This document shows, one piece after another, positions 24,944-38,445 of a DNA stretch of 64,000 nt. Every line of letters starts with the position of its first letter. The stretch's first letter is position 1. This DNA comes from Eledone cirrhosa (taxonomy: Eukaryota): assembly GCA_964016885.1 (NCBI GenBank), contig OZ024752.1:50096001-50160000 (forward strand). Reading direction: 5' to 3'. A program made the position numbers and the translations under genes. A model generated the notes under the pieces. It was not told the origin of the DNA, did not search any database, and worked only from the letters and a program-made list of their open reading frames with translations.

Positions 24944-25580
24944 TCATCATCATCATCATCATCATCATCATCGTTTAACGTCCATGTTCCACGCTTGCAT
25001 GGGTTTGGACGGGAGTTTTCCCACTTGAGGCAAGAGTGGTTGTCTTGCTCGCATAGGACTGTCTGGCGGGTTTTCTACAGTTGGATGCCCTTCCTAACAC
25101 CAACCACATTTACAGTGTGGGGCTGGGAGGTTTTTACCGTGTTGCCTACATGGCCACATTACAGCGTGGACTGTCTGGCGGGTTTTCTACAGCTGGATGC
25201 CCTTCCTAACACCAACCACATTTACAGTGTGGGGCTGGGAGGTTTTTACCGTGTTGCCTACACGGCCACATTTACAGCGTGGACTGTGTGTGTTTTTTTT
25301 TTTTGTTTTTTTTTGTCATGACACCTACACGATCTCATTTGTTTCGGCCTGGATTTACAGTGAGTGCTGGGTGCTTTTTTGCCATGGCACCTCCACGACC
25401 ACTTTGCAGTGGAATGTTAGGGACCCCAGTCCCTATCATCTCATTTCTACAGCTGAGTAAACTGGAGCAATGTGAAATAAAGTGTCTTGCTCAAGGAAAC
25501 AACACATCATCCGGCCTGAGAATTGAACTCACAACCTTTCGATTGCAAGGCCAATGCTCTAACCACTAATCTATGCGCCT
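24944..25580 (-). mobile_element. SINE family B head/core plus RTE-related tail sequence with an internal ~117-bp duplication and (GAT)n
   Basis: Family B head at 25430-25580. ggttggtgttaggaagggcatcca occurs twice. (ATC)n at 24944-24971. Confidence 0.8.
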
Positions 25581-26024
25581 GTTTATATTGAAGTGAATCA
25601 AAATCAAAAGCAAGTATTAATTTCTTGGCAGAGCTGTTCCTCATTGAAATGAACTGTGATTACAATCTTTTCATTTATAATCAACCATAATCTTTGACAT
25701 CTACTTAAGATATAATCAACTGCTGCTTACAGTGTCATTTCATCCAATCACATTGGATTTACTATGTATATATTCTATCATTTCAGCCGACTCACATGTT
25801 CCTCTTTAATATTAAACATCGTTCCATAATTCCACATAAAAGGTATATTCTTATGTGACCATCATAATCTTATTATTAACTTTCACACCGAGGTTAACTT
25901 TGCCTTTCATCCTTATGGGGTCGATAGAATAAAGTACCAGTAATGCACTGGGATAATTGCTGGCCTTGTGCCAAAAGTAGAAACAATTATTAACTTTCAC
26001 TTTACCAATACTGCCAATCCATAT

Positions 26025-26212
26025 AGGTGGATTGGCAGTATCGGTAGAGGGTCGGACACCATGCTTTGACACATAGAGTTACATCCCTTGCCATTCTAGG
26101 TTCAAATCCCACCTGGTTAACTTTGCCTTTCATCCTTACGGGGTCGATAAAATAAAGTACCAGTAATGTACTGGGATAATTGCTAGCCTTGTGCCAAAAG
26201 TAGAAATAATTA
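26025..26212 (+). mobile_element. SINE family A, preceded by a 3' fragment at 25886-25992
   Basis: Family A motifs. A short inverted copy of the head (taccaatactgccaatcca) lies just upstream. Confidence 0.85.
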
Positions 26213-26224
26213 TTAACTTTGACT

Positions 26225-26852
26225 TTATATTCATCTAAAAACCTTTCATCATAATTTTATGAAAGAACCTTTGTTAAGTTATGTTCCAAACTCCCCTGGT
26301 TCTATGATACACAACTGTATATTTTAATGTGTTTATATTTATCTAAAAACCTTCCATCATAATTTTATGAAAGAACCTTTGTTAAGTTATGTTCCAAACT
26401 CCCCTGGTTCTATGATACACAACTGTATATTTTAATGTGTTTATATTTATCTAAAAACCTTCCATCATAATTTTATGTCAGAACTTTTGTTAAGTTATGT
26501 TCCAAACTCTCCTGGTTCTATGATACACAACTGTATATTTTAATGTGTTTATATTTATCTAAAAACCTTCCATCATAATTTTATGTCAGAACTTTTGTTA
26601 AGTTATGTTCCAAACTCTCCTGGTTCTTTGATACATAACTGTATATTTTAATGCGTTTATCTAAATATATATAAAATGTGTTTATCTGAAATAATGTGTA
26701 ATCTAAAAACCTTCCATCATAATTTTATGAAAGAACCTTTGTTAAGTTATTATCCAAACAGCAGCTTAATAATGAGAATATTAGTTATATTACCAAATCA
26801 CTCAAATTTCCAAACGTGTCTTTCATTAGAAATATGGTAATAAAAGAGTTAA
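26225..26852 (-). repeat. 108-bp tandem repeat (~4-5 units) inside a family-2 TTAA-type MITE
   Basis: tctaaaaacc at 26234, 26342, 26450, 26558. The element ends agaaatatggtaataaaagagttaa. Related monomers occur at 60323-61280. Confidence 0.8.
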
Positions 26853-27751
26853 TTTTATCTAAAAGACAAAAACATAATCATTATTTCATTCCTAGTAAAT
26901 TAATCTAGCATCACAGAAATTATGAATTTGATTGCAGATTGAGATTTGTTGTGCATTATTAATTAATAACTGAAATAGGGAGGAAAGGGGAGATGATAAT
27001 AAAAATAACAGAAACAAACCAAAAAAAAAACAGTGAATTTAGGTAGGGAGGAGAGGGTGATGTATGTAGGTTGTTTTTTTTTGTTTTTTTTTCAATGAAT
27101 TTGAAATGTCATTAGTAGCATGCGAAATAAATATCAATGTCAAGAAAGCTGATGTTCACCATAACAAATAGTCTTGACTTTTAATAATTGGATTAAGGTT
27201 TCTGCAAAACTTTGTGTATGGAATCAAGTGAGAAATTAGTCATTGTACTCTTTCGACAAAAACTTATTTCACATTCACTGAATTAGGAATACTGTTAAGT
27301 TTGTTTGTTTGGCAAAAAAATAAAAAATTCAAAATTCCTCTCATCAATGATAGCAAAAATCTTGTGACTTATCATATAAATTCAACTATAAGCCAAAGAA
27401 TATGTGACTAAAATATTGATAGTAAACAATATGTTGATTAACTGCCTCAGCTTATAAATGGGGTTTGGAGTTTTGCCCATTTCTCATGCATGAAATGGTG
27501 GGGAATGTCGGCTTATATTCAGATCGGCTTATGTATATACGGTAAATGTTTTGATACCAGCCTGGCTAAAACCATGTCTAGTTCTACGGAACTAAACCAT
27601 GACTTTAAAATGGTTCCTGTTTAAATTACAATCTCCCAACATGATTTTATATAAGATTGAAATGTTAAGTTACTGATAAAGAAATATTTTATATTTTTAG
27701 TAAATCCCCCAAAATTCTTCATTAATTAATTGAAAAGTAAAGAAGATGGAC

Positions 27752-27911
27752 AAATCCACGTAAGGTATTAGGCTCAAGGTATGCTCAAAGGTAGAGAGGA
27801 GAGTTAAACCACATAAGGTATTGGACTCAATATATAGTGAAAAGTAGAGAAGGGAGTTAAATCACATAAGTTATTGGGCTCAAGGTAAGCTGAAAAGTAG
27901 AGAAGGGAGTC
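27752..27911. repeat. Three diverged ~53-bp tandem units
   Basis: aaa.cac.taag.tatt.g.ctcaa ... aagtagagaagggagt three times. Confidence 0.75.
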
Positions 27912-27965
27912 AAAATTTAACTAATATACTAAAACAGAAGAAAAAAGGAAAAACATGAGAATTAC

Positions 27966-28105
27966 CTTTTCATGGCTTCCTGCTGAACTTCTGAATTATC
28001 CCCATTAACCAAATGATTCCCATTTGTTTCTTGCTTTTCTGATACGTCTTCTGCTGTATTTAGGTCTAAGCTTGTAACTTCTCTTTCAGTTAAACTTGTT
28101 ACATT
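27966..28105 (-). CDS. Candidate internal exon of an unidentified host gene (NVTSLTEREVTSLDLNTAEDVSEKQETNGNHLVNGDNSEVQQEAMK)
   Basis: Acceptor tctttgtttcag, donor AAG|GTAAT, 140 nt, open acidic reading frame (phase 0 to 2). Confidence 0.6.
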
Positions 28106-29051
28106 CTGAAACAAAGATAATACCCTTAATTATAAACCTCGTTTCAGAGAAAATTTTCAACTTTTTCTCTGATGTGATTCATACTGTAAAAGCTCAACAC
28201 CTTTCCACTGTCAAAAATAATTGGCTCTGTTTAAGGAATGACCTTCTGGCATTACACCTGCATAGTTTGTAATTAATTTCAACTTCAATTCTCCAAATAG
28301 TTATTGATTACTTGATTCCCCCAAAACAACATATAGTTTGCTGTTTATTTCAATTTATTATCTTACATATATGGCAATATAAAAGAATTCTTCAAAATGA
28401 AATGCTTTAAATATAAAGCTTTATAAAAATTTTAAATATATAAAAACATATATAGAAATATTCTTACTTTTAAAATATCTAAAAAAAAAAAAGAAAAAAA
28501 AAAAGAAAAAAGCAGAGCAAACTGAAATTATCTTTAAAAAGTTACTCAGATAACAAAGAATTATTTTATATCTGAAGGTTATTAAGGTGAAATTTAAACT
28601 AAAAATTATCACCCTCACCTCATCTTTCATAATCTGTTGAGAAACTGCTAAATTCATACAGCAACAATTACCAACTTGGCAATAAATATTTGATGTATTC
28701 AGAAAATATTTTACTCTTAATCAATGAGAGGGGACTCTTCCTCACCTAAAGTGAGACCTTTGTTTCAATGTAAATTTCATGGGACATGAGAAAAGTAGCA
28801 CACCACCATAATCATGTTACATCCACTTTTCCAATACTATGAAATGAAAAAGATGTCAAAATATATCCCAGGAGTCTGTAAAGAAGACTGTAGCCTAGCA
28901 TTGGACATTTCTCCTTTAAACGATTTCACTTAATTTATCAACGATAGAATTCATTAAATAAATAATTATTGTCAATATTTCTCTAGATCTAATATATGAT
29001 AACTGTACAAGAAACAGCTTTTAGACTCATTCTCTCTTATATACACATATG

Positions 29052-29260
29052 TGAAGGTGCATGGCTTAGTGGTTAGAGCATTGGGCTTGCAGTCGAAAGG
29101 TTGTGAGTTCAATTCTCGGACCGAGTGATGTGTTGTTTCCTTGACAGCTGTAGAAATGAGATGATAGGGACCCCAGTCCCTATCATTAAAAATCACCCAA
29201 GAGATATACCTTGGAGGAGGCCAGCTAAACCTGCATAGGTGTGAGCTGTCACACGCACAC
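29052..29260 (+). mobile_element. SINE family B, (CA)-tail variant
   Basis: A box TGGCTTAGTGG, B box GAGTTCAATTC, hairpin ATGATAGGGAC/GTCCCTATCAT, tail ccagctaaacctgcataggt..gagctgtcacac. Confidence 0.85.
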
Positions 29261-29619
29261 ATATACACATATATACACCAGGTACAAACAAAAAAGAACC
29301 AAACTCCCACTGCCACTGCCTCCATCTCTCCTGCTCTCCCCTTCTCTCGGTATTGTGAGCAAATTGGGGTCCATGCACTGGCCACCCCAACAGTACTTTA
29401 CATTCTGAGTTCAAATACTCTGGTCAAGTTTCTAAAACTGACTGCTCCTTTAACTTACATTTGAAACCTTATGCCCATACAAGAAAGAAAACAACAACAA
29501 AAACATCACCACTAGCCACCACCACTGGGTAAGTGGATGTTAATTGATGACGATAATGATGTATAAAATATTCATAGAATGTACATAAAAGGGTTCATAA
29601 GCATATATATATATATAAA

Positions 29620-29838
29620 CACACAGTCCACGCTGTAATGTGGGCATGTAGGTCACACGGTAAAAACCTCCCAGTCCACACTGTAAACGTGGTTGGTGTT
29701 AGGAAGGGCATCCAGCCATAGAAAACCTGCCACAGTCCCATACGAGCGAGACAACCAATCTTGCCTCAAGTGGGACAATTCCTGTCTAAACCCATGCTAG
29801 CGTGGAAGATACACGTTAAACGATGATGATGATGATGA
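29620..29838 (+). mobile_element. Short RTE-related non-autonomous element fragment with (GAT)n tail
   Basis: ggttggtgttaggaagggcatccagc ... cccatgctagcgtggaagat ... gttaaacgatgatg. A similar copy lies at 58333-58535. Confidence 0.8.
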
Positions 29839-29846
29839 CATATATA

Positions 29847-29892
<46 letters not shown>

Positions 29893-29893
29893 T

Positions 29894-30009
29894 ATAGGAA
29901 TGAGTAGGACCCCGACGGCTGAGCTCAAGCCATTTCGACGGCTAATTCTGGACTAAATTAGCCGTCGAAACGGCTTGAGCTCAGCCGTCGGGGTCCTACT
30001 CGTTCCTAT
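29894..30009. repeat. Hairpin with 54-bp arms and an 8-nt loop
   Basis: ataggaatgagtaggaccccgacggctgagctcaagcc... and its reverse complement, with 2 mismatches. Confidence 0.95.
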
Positions 30010-30820
30010 TACCCACTCTACTACCCTAAGTATTGAGTACTTTGGTGCGTTATGGTCCACCTGGTTCCTTACCACATTTCCTTCGTTATATAAATATATA
30101 TATATATTTAAGTACATGTGCACACATATCTGGATACATTACGTATGCATGTATGTATATGTGTTTATATAACCGTCTATGTGTTTATACATATATAAAT
30201 ATGTGTGTATGTGTGTGTGTTTATATTATGTGTGAGTGTGTGTGTGTGTGTGTGTGTTTATATTATATATATGTGTGTGTGTTAGAGAGATAGATAGATA
30301 GATAGACATATATTCCTACATTCCTATATTATATGTGAGTGTGTGTGTGTTTATATTATATATGTGTGTGTGTGTGTGTTAGAGAGATAGATAGATAGAT
30401 AGACATATATGCATACATTCCTATATTATGTGTGAGTGTGTGTGTGTGTTTATATTATATGTGTGTGGGGGGGGGGGGTTAGAGAGAAAGACAAACAGAG
30501 AGCTAGAGAGACATACTCATGTGGGGGAATTATAAAAGAATATATAAAAATATCTGAACATGAGAAGCCATAAGCTATGAAATTTTTGTTAATAAAAAAG
30601 AAACATTCTTTAGAAGAAGCAACAAAGTTACGGTATAATCAATGAAGGACTAGAATCACCAATAAATAATTATTTACTAAATAATGTCCAGAAGAAAAGT
30701 AAAGTTAAATAAATTTGAGCATTTTTTAAAATCTTGGGCCTTGTTTTCTTAAATTTGGTGAGGGAGGGTTGTTTGAAAATTTAATGATAAGTTGTAAAAT
30801 AAAAAATTAAAAAATTAAAA

Positions 30821-30851
<31 letters not shown>

Positions 30852-30993
30852 CACATACATACACACATATATATATACACACACACATATATATATACAC
30901 ATATATATATACATATATATATACACATATATATATACATATATATATACACATATATATATATTTATATATACGTATATATATATCTATACG

Positions 30994-31188
<195 letters not shown>

Positions 31189-31676
31189 TAAATTTTTCCA
31201 CACAAAATAACGTAAGAAACATAAATTGCAGATTAAAAGGAAAAATAAAAATAATTTGAAAAGAATGTTTCAAGAAACTTATGAGCAAAAAATATATATA
31301 TATAAAAAAAAAAAAAACAATAATTCAACAAATCATCTTTTGAAACTCATACAAATTTTACCAATGTATCAATAATGATTAGTATGTTATGGCTATTGAC
31401 AAATTAATAAACTCAAAAAAATTAATTTTACTTATTAATTAATGAAAATAGTCTTCAGCAAGTACCGAATTCCATTTTTTTTTCTTCCCCTAATAAAGCC
31501 ATTTTAATTATGAAAAATTAAAAGGTTACTCTAACCATCAAAGAGACTGCACACAATACAGCATCATTCTTTATTATTATGACTAAATATTGGTTTTAGT
31601 TTGTCTGATTATGATTTTGAGGAGTTCATGTTGAATAGAATTTTGTAAGTTCAAGTAGAAGTTTTTTCTTAAATAA

Positions 31677-31868
31677 TAATTGTTTCTACTTTTGGCACAA
31701 GGCCATAAATTATCCCAGTGTATTACTGGTACTTTATTTTATCGACCCCGTAAGGATGAAAGGCAAAGTTAACCTCGGCGGGATTTGAACTCAGACCATA
31801 AGGGGACGTAACTCTATGCTGCAAAGCATGGCATCCGACTCTCTACCGATACTGCCAATCCACCACCA
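31677..31868 (-). mobile_element. SINE family A with a 17-bp target-site duplication
   Basis: TTTTCTTAAATAATAAT at 31664-31680 and 31870-31886. Confidence 0.92.
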
Positions 31869-32079
31869 ACTTTTCTTAAATAATAATATTCTGTTTTATA
31901 TCCATTAGACTTTATATTGTTTTTATCATGGTTTTCTAGCAATCATGTCAGCCCCCTTTTTTTTACCAACCTGCCTGAAACTACCCCTGAGTTTATGATA
32001 ACTAAAGTCTTCACTGGTGTTTGGGGGAAGTATAATTTAACAAATGTTCTTACATAAAATTATCATGGAAGAACTAATT

Positions 32080-33946
32080 CAATGTTATGTGTAAAGAAAC
32101 AATACATTGTCATATATTACTACATAGTAAGGCTAAAGCAATGTTGTGTTGTGTATAAAGATGATACATTGTCATATATTACTACATAGTAAGGCTAAAG
32201 CAGTGTTGTGTTGTGTATAAAGATACATTGTCATATAGTATTACATAGTAAGGCTAAAGCAGTGTTGTGTCTAAAGGTACATTGTCATATAGTATTACAT
32301 AGTGAGAACTAAAGCAATGTTGTGTTGTGTATAAAGATACATTGTCATATAGTATTACATAGTGAGAACTAAAGCAGTGTTGTGTATAAAGATACATTGT
32401 CATATATTACTACATAGTAAGGCTAAAGCAGTGTTGTGTTGTGTATAAAGATACATTGTCATATAGTATTACATAGTAAGGCTAAAGCAGTGTTGTGTTG
32501 TGTCTAAAGGTACATTGTCATATAGTATTACATAGTGAGAACTAAAGCAATGTTGTGTTGTGTATAAAGATACATTGTCATATAGTATTACATAGTGAGA
32601 ACTAAAGCAGTGTTGTGTATAAAGATACATTGTCATATATTACTACATAGTAAGGCTAAAGCAATATTGTGTTGTGTATAAAGATACATTGTCATATAGT
32701 ATTGCATAGTGAGAACTAAAGCAATGTTGTGTTGTGTATAAAGATACATTGTCATATAGTATTACATAGTGAGAACTAAAGCAATGTTGTGTTGTGTATA
32801 AAGATACATTGTCATATAGTATTACATAGTGAGAACTAAAGCAATGTTGTGTTGTGTATAAACATACATTGTCATATATTACTACATAGTAAGGCTAAAG
32901 CAATATTGTGTTGTGTATAAAGATACATTGTCATATAGTATTACATAGTGAGAACTAAAGCAATGTTGTGTTGTGTATAAAGATACATTGTCATATATTA
33001 CTACATAGTAAGGCTAAAGCAATATTGTGTTGTGTATAAAGATACATTGTCATATAGTATTACATAGTGAGAACTAAAGCAATGTTGTGTTGTGTATAAA
33101 GATACATTGTCATATATTACTACATAGTAAAGCTAAAGCAATATTGTGTTGTGTATAAAGATACATTGTCATATATTACTACATAGTAAGGCTAAAGCAA
33201 TGTTGTGTTGTGTATAAAGATACATTGTCATATATTACTACATAGTAAGGCTAAAGCAATGTTGTGTTGTGTATAAAGATACATTGTCATATATTACTAC
33301 ATAGTAAGGCTAAAGCAATGTTGTGTTGTGTATAAAGATACATTGTCATATATTACTACATAGTGAGAACTAAAGCAATGTTGTGTTGTGTATAAAGATA
33401 CATTGTCATATAGTATTACATAGTGAGAACTAAAGCAGTGTTGTGTATAAAGATACATTGTTATATATTACTACATAGTAAGGCTAAAGCAATGTTGTGT
33501 TGTGTATAAAGGTACATTGTCATATAGTATTACATAGTAAGGCTAAAGCAGTGTTGTGTTGTGTATAAAGATGATACATTGTCATATAGTATTACACAGT
33601 AAAAACTAAGCAGTGTTGTGGTGTGTATAAAGATATATTGTCATATATTTACACAGTGAGAACTAAGCAGTGTTGTGATGTGTACAAAGGTACATTATCA
33701 TATATATTTACACAGTAAGGACTAAAGAAGTGTTGTGTTGTGTGTAAATATACATTGTCACACATTATTACACAGTGAGAACTAAGTCAGTGTTGTGCTG
33801 TGTACAAAGATACATTGTCATATATATTTACACAGTGAGAACTAAGCAGTGTTGTGTTGTGTGTAAATATACATTGTCACACATTATTACACAGTGAGAA
33901 CTAAGTCAGTGTTGTGATGTGTTGTGTATAAAGATGAGATACATTC
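32080..33946. repeat. ~58-bp minisatellite (~32 units, two main variants, diverged right end)
   Basis: Unit gatacattgtcatata(gtatt/ttact)acatagt(gagaa/aagg)ctaaagcaatgttgtgttgtgtataaa. Confidence 0.95.
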
Positions 33947-34811
33947 AGATAAATAATTTTGAAAAATACATCAAAACAAAATTTTACTTGAAAAAAATGT
34001 GTTTAGTGGTAAAGAAAAGCTTTTAAAAGTAAGTAGTACATACAATAAGAGTTGCATGTTATCAATGGAAAATCCCTTCAGCTGTGTAATCATAAATAAA
34101 AATAAATACTACAACTCTTTCAGATTTGACAGCAGGGATTAAACTGAATAGCATTAAAATTTATCTGAGAAATCTAAATTTAATAACACTTATACTCATC
34201 TCTTACACATTTGAACACAAAAGAAAAATAGATTCATGAGCAACTTTTATATATATTTTCAAAATACAACTTTCAATATATCCTCAGCTGGAAGTGGTTT
34301 TTCACAGACCCCCCTGAACACTTATGAATAAACCCAACTAAAAATTTAAAAAGTATACATTTATCCTTCTTCTTTTTTACATTACAATCTGAAATATCAA
34401 TATTTTCTTTCCCTTCTTTTTTTGTTTTGTGTTTTTAAGAATTGTTAGAGCATCTGATTAAATGCTTCAGTATTTGTTTCAACTCTCTATACTCTGGGTT
34501 CAAATCCTGCCATGGTCAAATACCTTTGCTATTTTGTCCACGGGGTGCAGCTGAAACACTGCTCTGACCTAGGAGTAGAGTCTGCCACCCTCTCCTCTTC
34601 CCCCTTTCTTTCTTCCTTAGTCTAGTAGTCCTTGCTCTTCCTCACCTTTTCCTCTCATTTATGGCATTTATAGTTCTTTCCAATGCTGCTCTCTTTTTCT
34701 GTATGTTTATATAACTCTGCTACGAAATAAAATTGCCTAACTATGGAAGCCTCTAATAGCTGAGAGAATAGTGCACCAGGTTAAAGACATTGCATTATTT
34801 TAGTCAGTACC

Positions 34812-34995
34812 AGGGCAGTGGATTGGCAGTATTGGTAAAGGGTCAGATGCCATGCTTTGCAGCATAGAGTTATCACTCTTTATGGTCTGAGTTCAAATCC
34901 CGCTGAGGTCAACTTTGCCTTTCATCCTTACGGGGTCAATAAAATAAAGAACCACTGGGATAATTGCTGGCCTTGTGCCAAAAGTAGAAACAATA
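34812..34995 (+). mobile_element. SINE family A inserted in an older SINE-B tail
   Basis: Family A motifs. The flanks agtaccag / aatagctgggg...gtcctgtccagg match the uninterrupted copy at 36953-37112. Confidence 0.75.
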
Positions 34996-36497
34996 GCTGG
35001 GGGTTTAACCCTGGAATGGACTGGTGTCCTGTCCAGGGGGGGGTCTTGTACTCTAAGTTGCTTCACGCCATGAAACCAGGATAAGCACCAGCCAAATGAG
35101 CCTTCTGGCTTAAGGCAGACTTTAGACTTTTAGACTTGCTCAAGGACACAATGCACCACCCAATCCGAAAATTGAATCCATGACTTTATGAGGCCAACAC
35201 ATTAACGACCAGACCATATGCCTTCAACTGTAATCAATAAAAATATGTACCAGTAATACATTAAGGTTTATTAGATTAATTAAATCCTTCCTTTTTCTAT
35301 AGAAATTAGTGTTTGCCTTATTAAGGAACCAATATTTATTTATTTGGAGAGGAAGCAATGAATATCAACATAATAAACATAATGATACATTATCAAGTAT
35401 TGCCGTTTATTGTATTTAAATTGGCAAACGGAATCAGCAAAGATTTAGCTTAGTTTGAAATACCATGGTAACTTAGATACATCTCATTTCCAAGGAGCTA
35501 ATCTTGCAATGGAAAATTACAAGGACAAACAAGAAAATATTTATACTCAACTAGATTTAAAGTAGCAGGAATAACTGTAACAAAATTAGATTTCACTGAG
35601 AACAATTTTAAAATTTGTATTAAGTTTTACTTCATATTTTTATGGGAAAATTATCAGCAGAAAACCTATTTAAATGTGGTATAAGAACAAATTTATTGCC
35701 AATAGCAGCCACATTCTCAATTTCTATAAGAAATAAATGACATCTAATTGAAAATAGAAAAATAGACTTTCATAATAGTCATAAGATTTCTTTTGATTAG
35801 CTTGAAGATAAATGATGATTCTTTTCTTCAATATAATTCCGTATGCGTACACATGCCTACCATAATTCCATTCTGACAGTCTAGCAACCAAACTATCCCA
35901 AGGAATTTTAATCTTCATTATTATTGTTGTTATTATTTTTACTTTGTATTAATATTCAAATTATTGTTTTAACTTTACGTTTTCTCTCTACTTATCTCAA
36001 GAAATACAAAAGCTTTAATTTCTCATTCTCTCTTACATTTCCATTTCCCATAATTCCCATTTATGTCTTTGAACAAATAATATCAGTCAGTTTCTAGTAA
36101 GTACTCTTTCATGTAAACAATTTGTTAACTCATTACAGTCATATAAGGTCTTTCTTTCTTCACCATATTGTGTGAAAATAAATCTTGTGGCTTTCTTGAA
36201 AGAAATTGAAGTATATTTATACAACAAACTAATATGTTCTTTTGAATAATCATGACAAATAATTTCCTAAAACCATTTCAAAGTAAATCATTTATCAGTT
36301 ACATTTAGAAGAAACAACAATGGATTATTATTAATTTAATAAAATGATTGGATTTTGAATGTTCTCTTCTAAGGTCTCCTGACAAATTACTGAGTTTGTT
36401 GAATTATTATAATTATACAGGCTTTTCAAAATGATGTAGACATCTTCCAGAAGAATTGTTCTAAAAGTTGGTATTTTTATATCCCTCTTTCTATAGA

Positions 36498-36644
36498 CTA
36501 GGCCTTGTCAAAAGAGCACAACACTGCACTTTCATCCAGCCATGGGCACTGAACTCCAGATAAATTTGTAGGGAGTGCTGTCATGATATATGGTATATCT
36601 TTGGGATTTAAACCTGGCAAAGCCCACCACCCAACTCTCCAGAT
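36498..36644 (-). CDS. Candidate terminal coding exon (IWRVGWWALPGLNPKDIPYIMTALPTNLSGVQCPWLDESAVVCSFDKA*)
   Basis: Acceptor gttgctttcag downstream of a (CT)n tract, 48 codons then TAG, followed by ~1.2 kb of repeat-free AT-rich DNA. No family recognised. Confidence 0.4.
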   Translation of the reverse strand: MWRVGWWALPGLNPKDIPYIMTALPTNLSGVQCPWLDESAVLCSFDKA

Positions 36645-37134
36645 CTGAAAGCAACCGATTTCTGAGAGAGAGAAAGAGAGAGAGAAAGAGAGAGGGGGAG
36701 AGAGGGAGAGAGAGGGGGGTTGTAAATGAAAGATAGAGGAAGAATCTACCCCAGGTTTGTTTTTTTGCTTTTGAATAAAAAGTTATATATCATCATCATC
36801 ATCATCATCACCGTTTTACGTCCATTCTTCCATGCTAGCATGGGTTAGATGGGTTGTGCTGTTGTGGGCAGTGTCCGGTCAGCTGACTTTGTCTTGCTCA
36901 TACGGGAACTGATTCTGGCTTGATTTCTACAGTTGGATGCCCTTCCTAACACTGAAAATGAGTACCAGTAATAGCTGGGGAGTTAACCCTGTGAAGGACT
37001 AATGTCCTGTCCAGGAAATGGAGCGGTTATGTACTCTCAGCCGCTTCAGGGCAGAGAAACTGGGATAAGTACTGGCCTAATGAACCTTCAGGCTCGAGAC
37101 AGACTTTAACTTTTAACTAACAATTACTGGTATC

Positions 37135-37415
37135 AAGCTCAAGGAAACAACATATCTCAGACCGGGTGATGTGTTGTTTGCTTGAGCAAGACACTTTATT
37201 TCACATTGCTCCAGTTTACTCAGCTGTAGAAATGAGATGATAGGGACTGGGGTCCCTATCATTCCACTGCAAAGTGGTCGTGGAGGTGCCACGGCAAAAA
37301 AGCACCCAGCACTCACTGTAAATGAGGTTGGTGTTAGGAAGGGCATCCAGCTGTAGAAATCAAGCCAGAACCAGTTCCCGTCCCACCCTTGCAAGCAGGG
37401 AAAAATGAAATGATG
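37135..37415 (+). mobile_element. SINE family B, RTE-related tail, 5'-truncated with a short inversion
   Basis: Core, hairpin and gtggtcgtggaggtgccacggc tail. gctcaaggaaacaacat is an inverted copy of the adjacent core. Confidence 0.82.
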
Positions 37416-38081
37416 AAGCTAATCAACATTCCCTCCCCACAAAATTGTGGGTCTTGTACCGGAATTAGAAACCATTCTCATTTGACATTTTGTAAGTTGT
37501 TTGAAAAAGGACAAGAATTTAAAATGATATAAAGATGAGGATTTTGAAAATTATCAATTCTCGTTTTGTTTGTTAAACAATTGTATTTATTAACCAAAAT
37601 AATGTTCATTGTTAAAAGATTAATTAAACAACCTCCAATAGACATATTGTCTCTAGCTGTTACACATATATACACACAGACATATATATACACACACAAC
37701 ACACATATATATACAGATACCCACATATACACACACACACACCTATATATAAACATATACGCACACAACACAATACATACATACACACATATATATATAC
37801 AGACACCCACATATACACACACATATATAAACATATACACACACACATACACATATATATAAACATATACACACACAACACAATACATACATACACACAC
37901 ATATATACACAAACACACATGTGTATACACATATAAAAACACAGAGACATGTTGTCTCTATCAGTCACACACACAACACGTCATTATACATGTATTTCTA
38001 TTTTATGACATGAGATTATAATGAAGGGAAATACTGCAAGTTGGAGAGAAACCTGTCACCCTTAGCTATGAAACTTTCTAA

Positions 38082-38445
38082 AACACAACACAACACAACA
38101 CAACACAACAACACAACACAACACAACAACACAACACAACATAAAACCATTGCACAACAGAAACCACAGCACAACACAACACACAGCACAAAACAAACAA
38201 CACAACACAACACAACACAACACAACGCAACACAACACAAACCACAGCACAACACAAAACAATGCAACAGAAACCACTGCAGAACACAACACACAGCACA
38301 ATACAAACAACACAACACAACACAAACCACACCACAACACAACACAACACAACCCACACCACAACACAACACACCACACCACACCACACCACAACACAAC
38401 AGAAACCACACCACAACACAACACCACAACACAACAAACCACTGC
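38082..38445. repeat. (ACACA)n-type low-complexity repeat
   Basis: Direct reading. Confidence 0.9.

Noticed and set aside
29052-29125. tRNA gene-like A and B boxes
   Set aside because: SINE head continuing into a repeat body. No complete cloverleaf.
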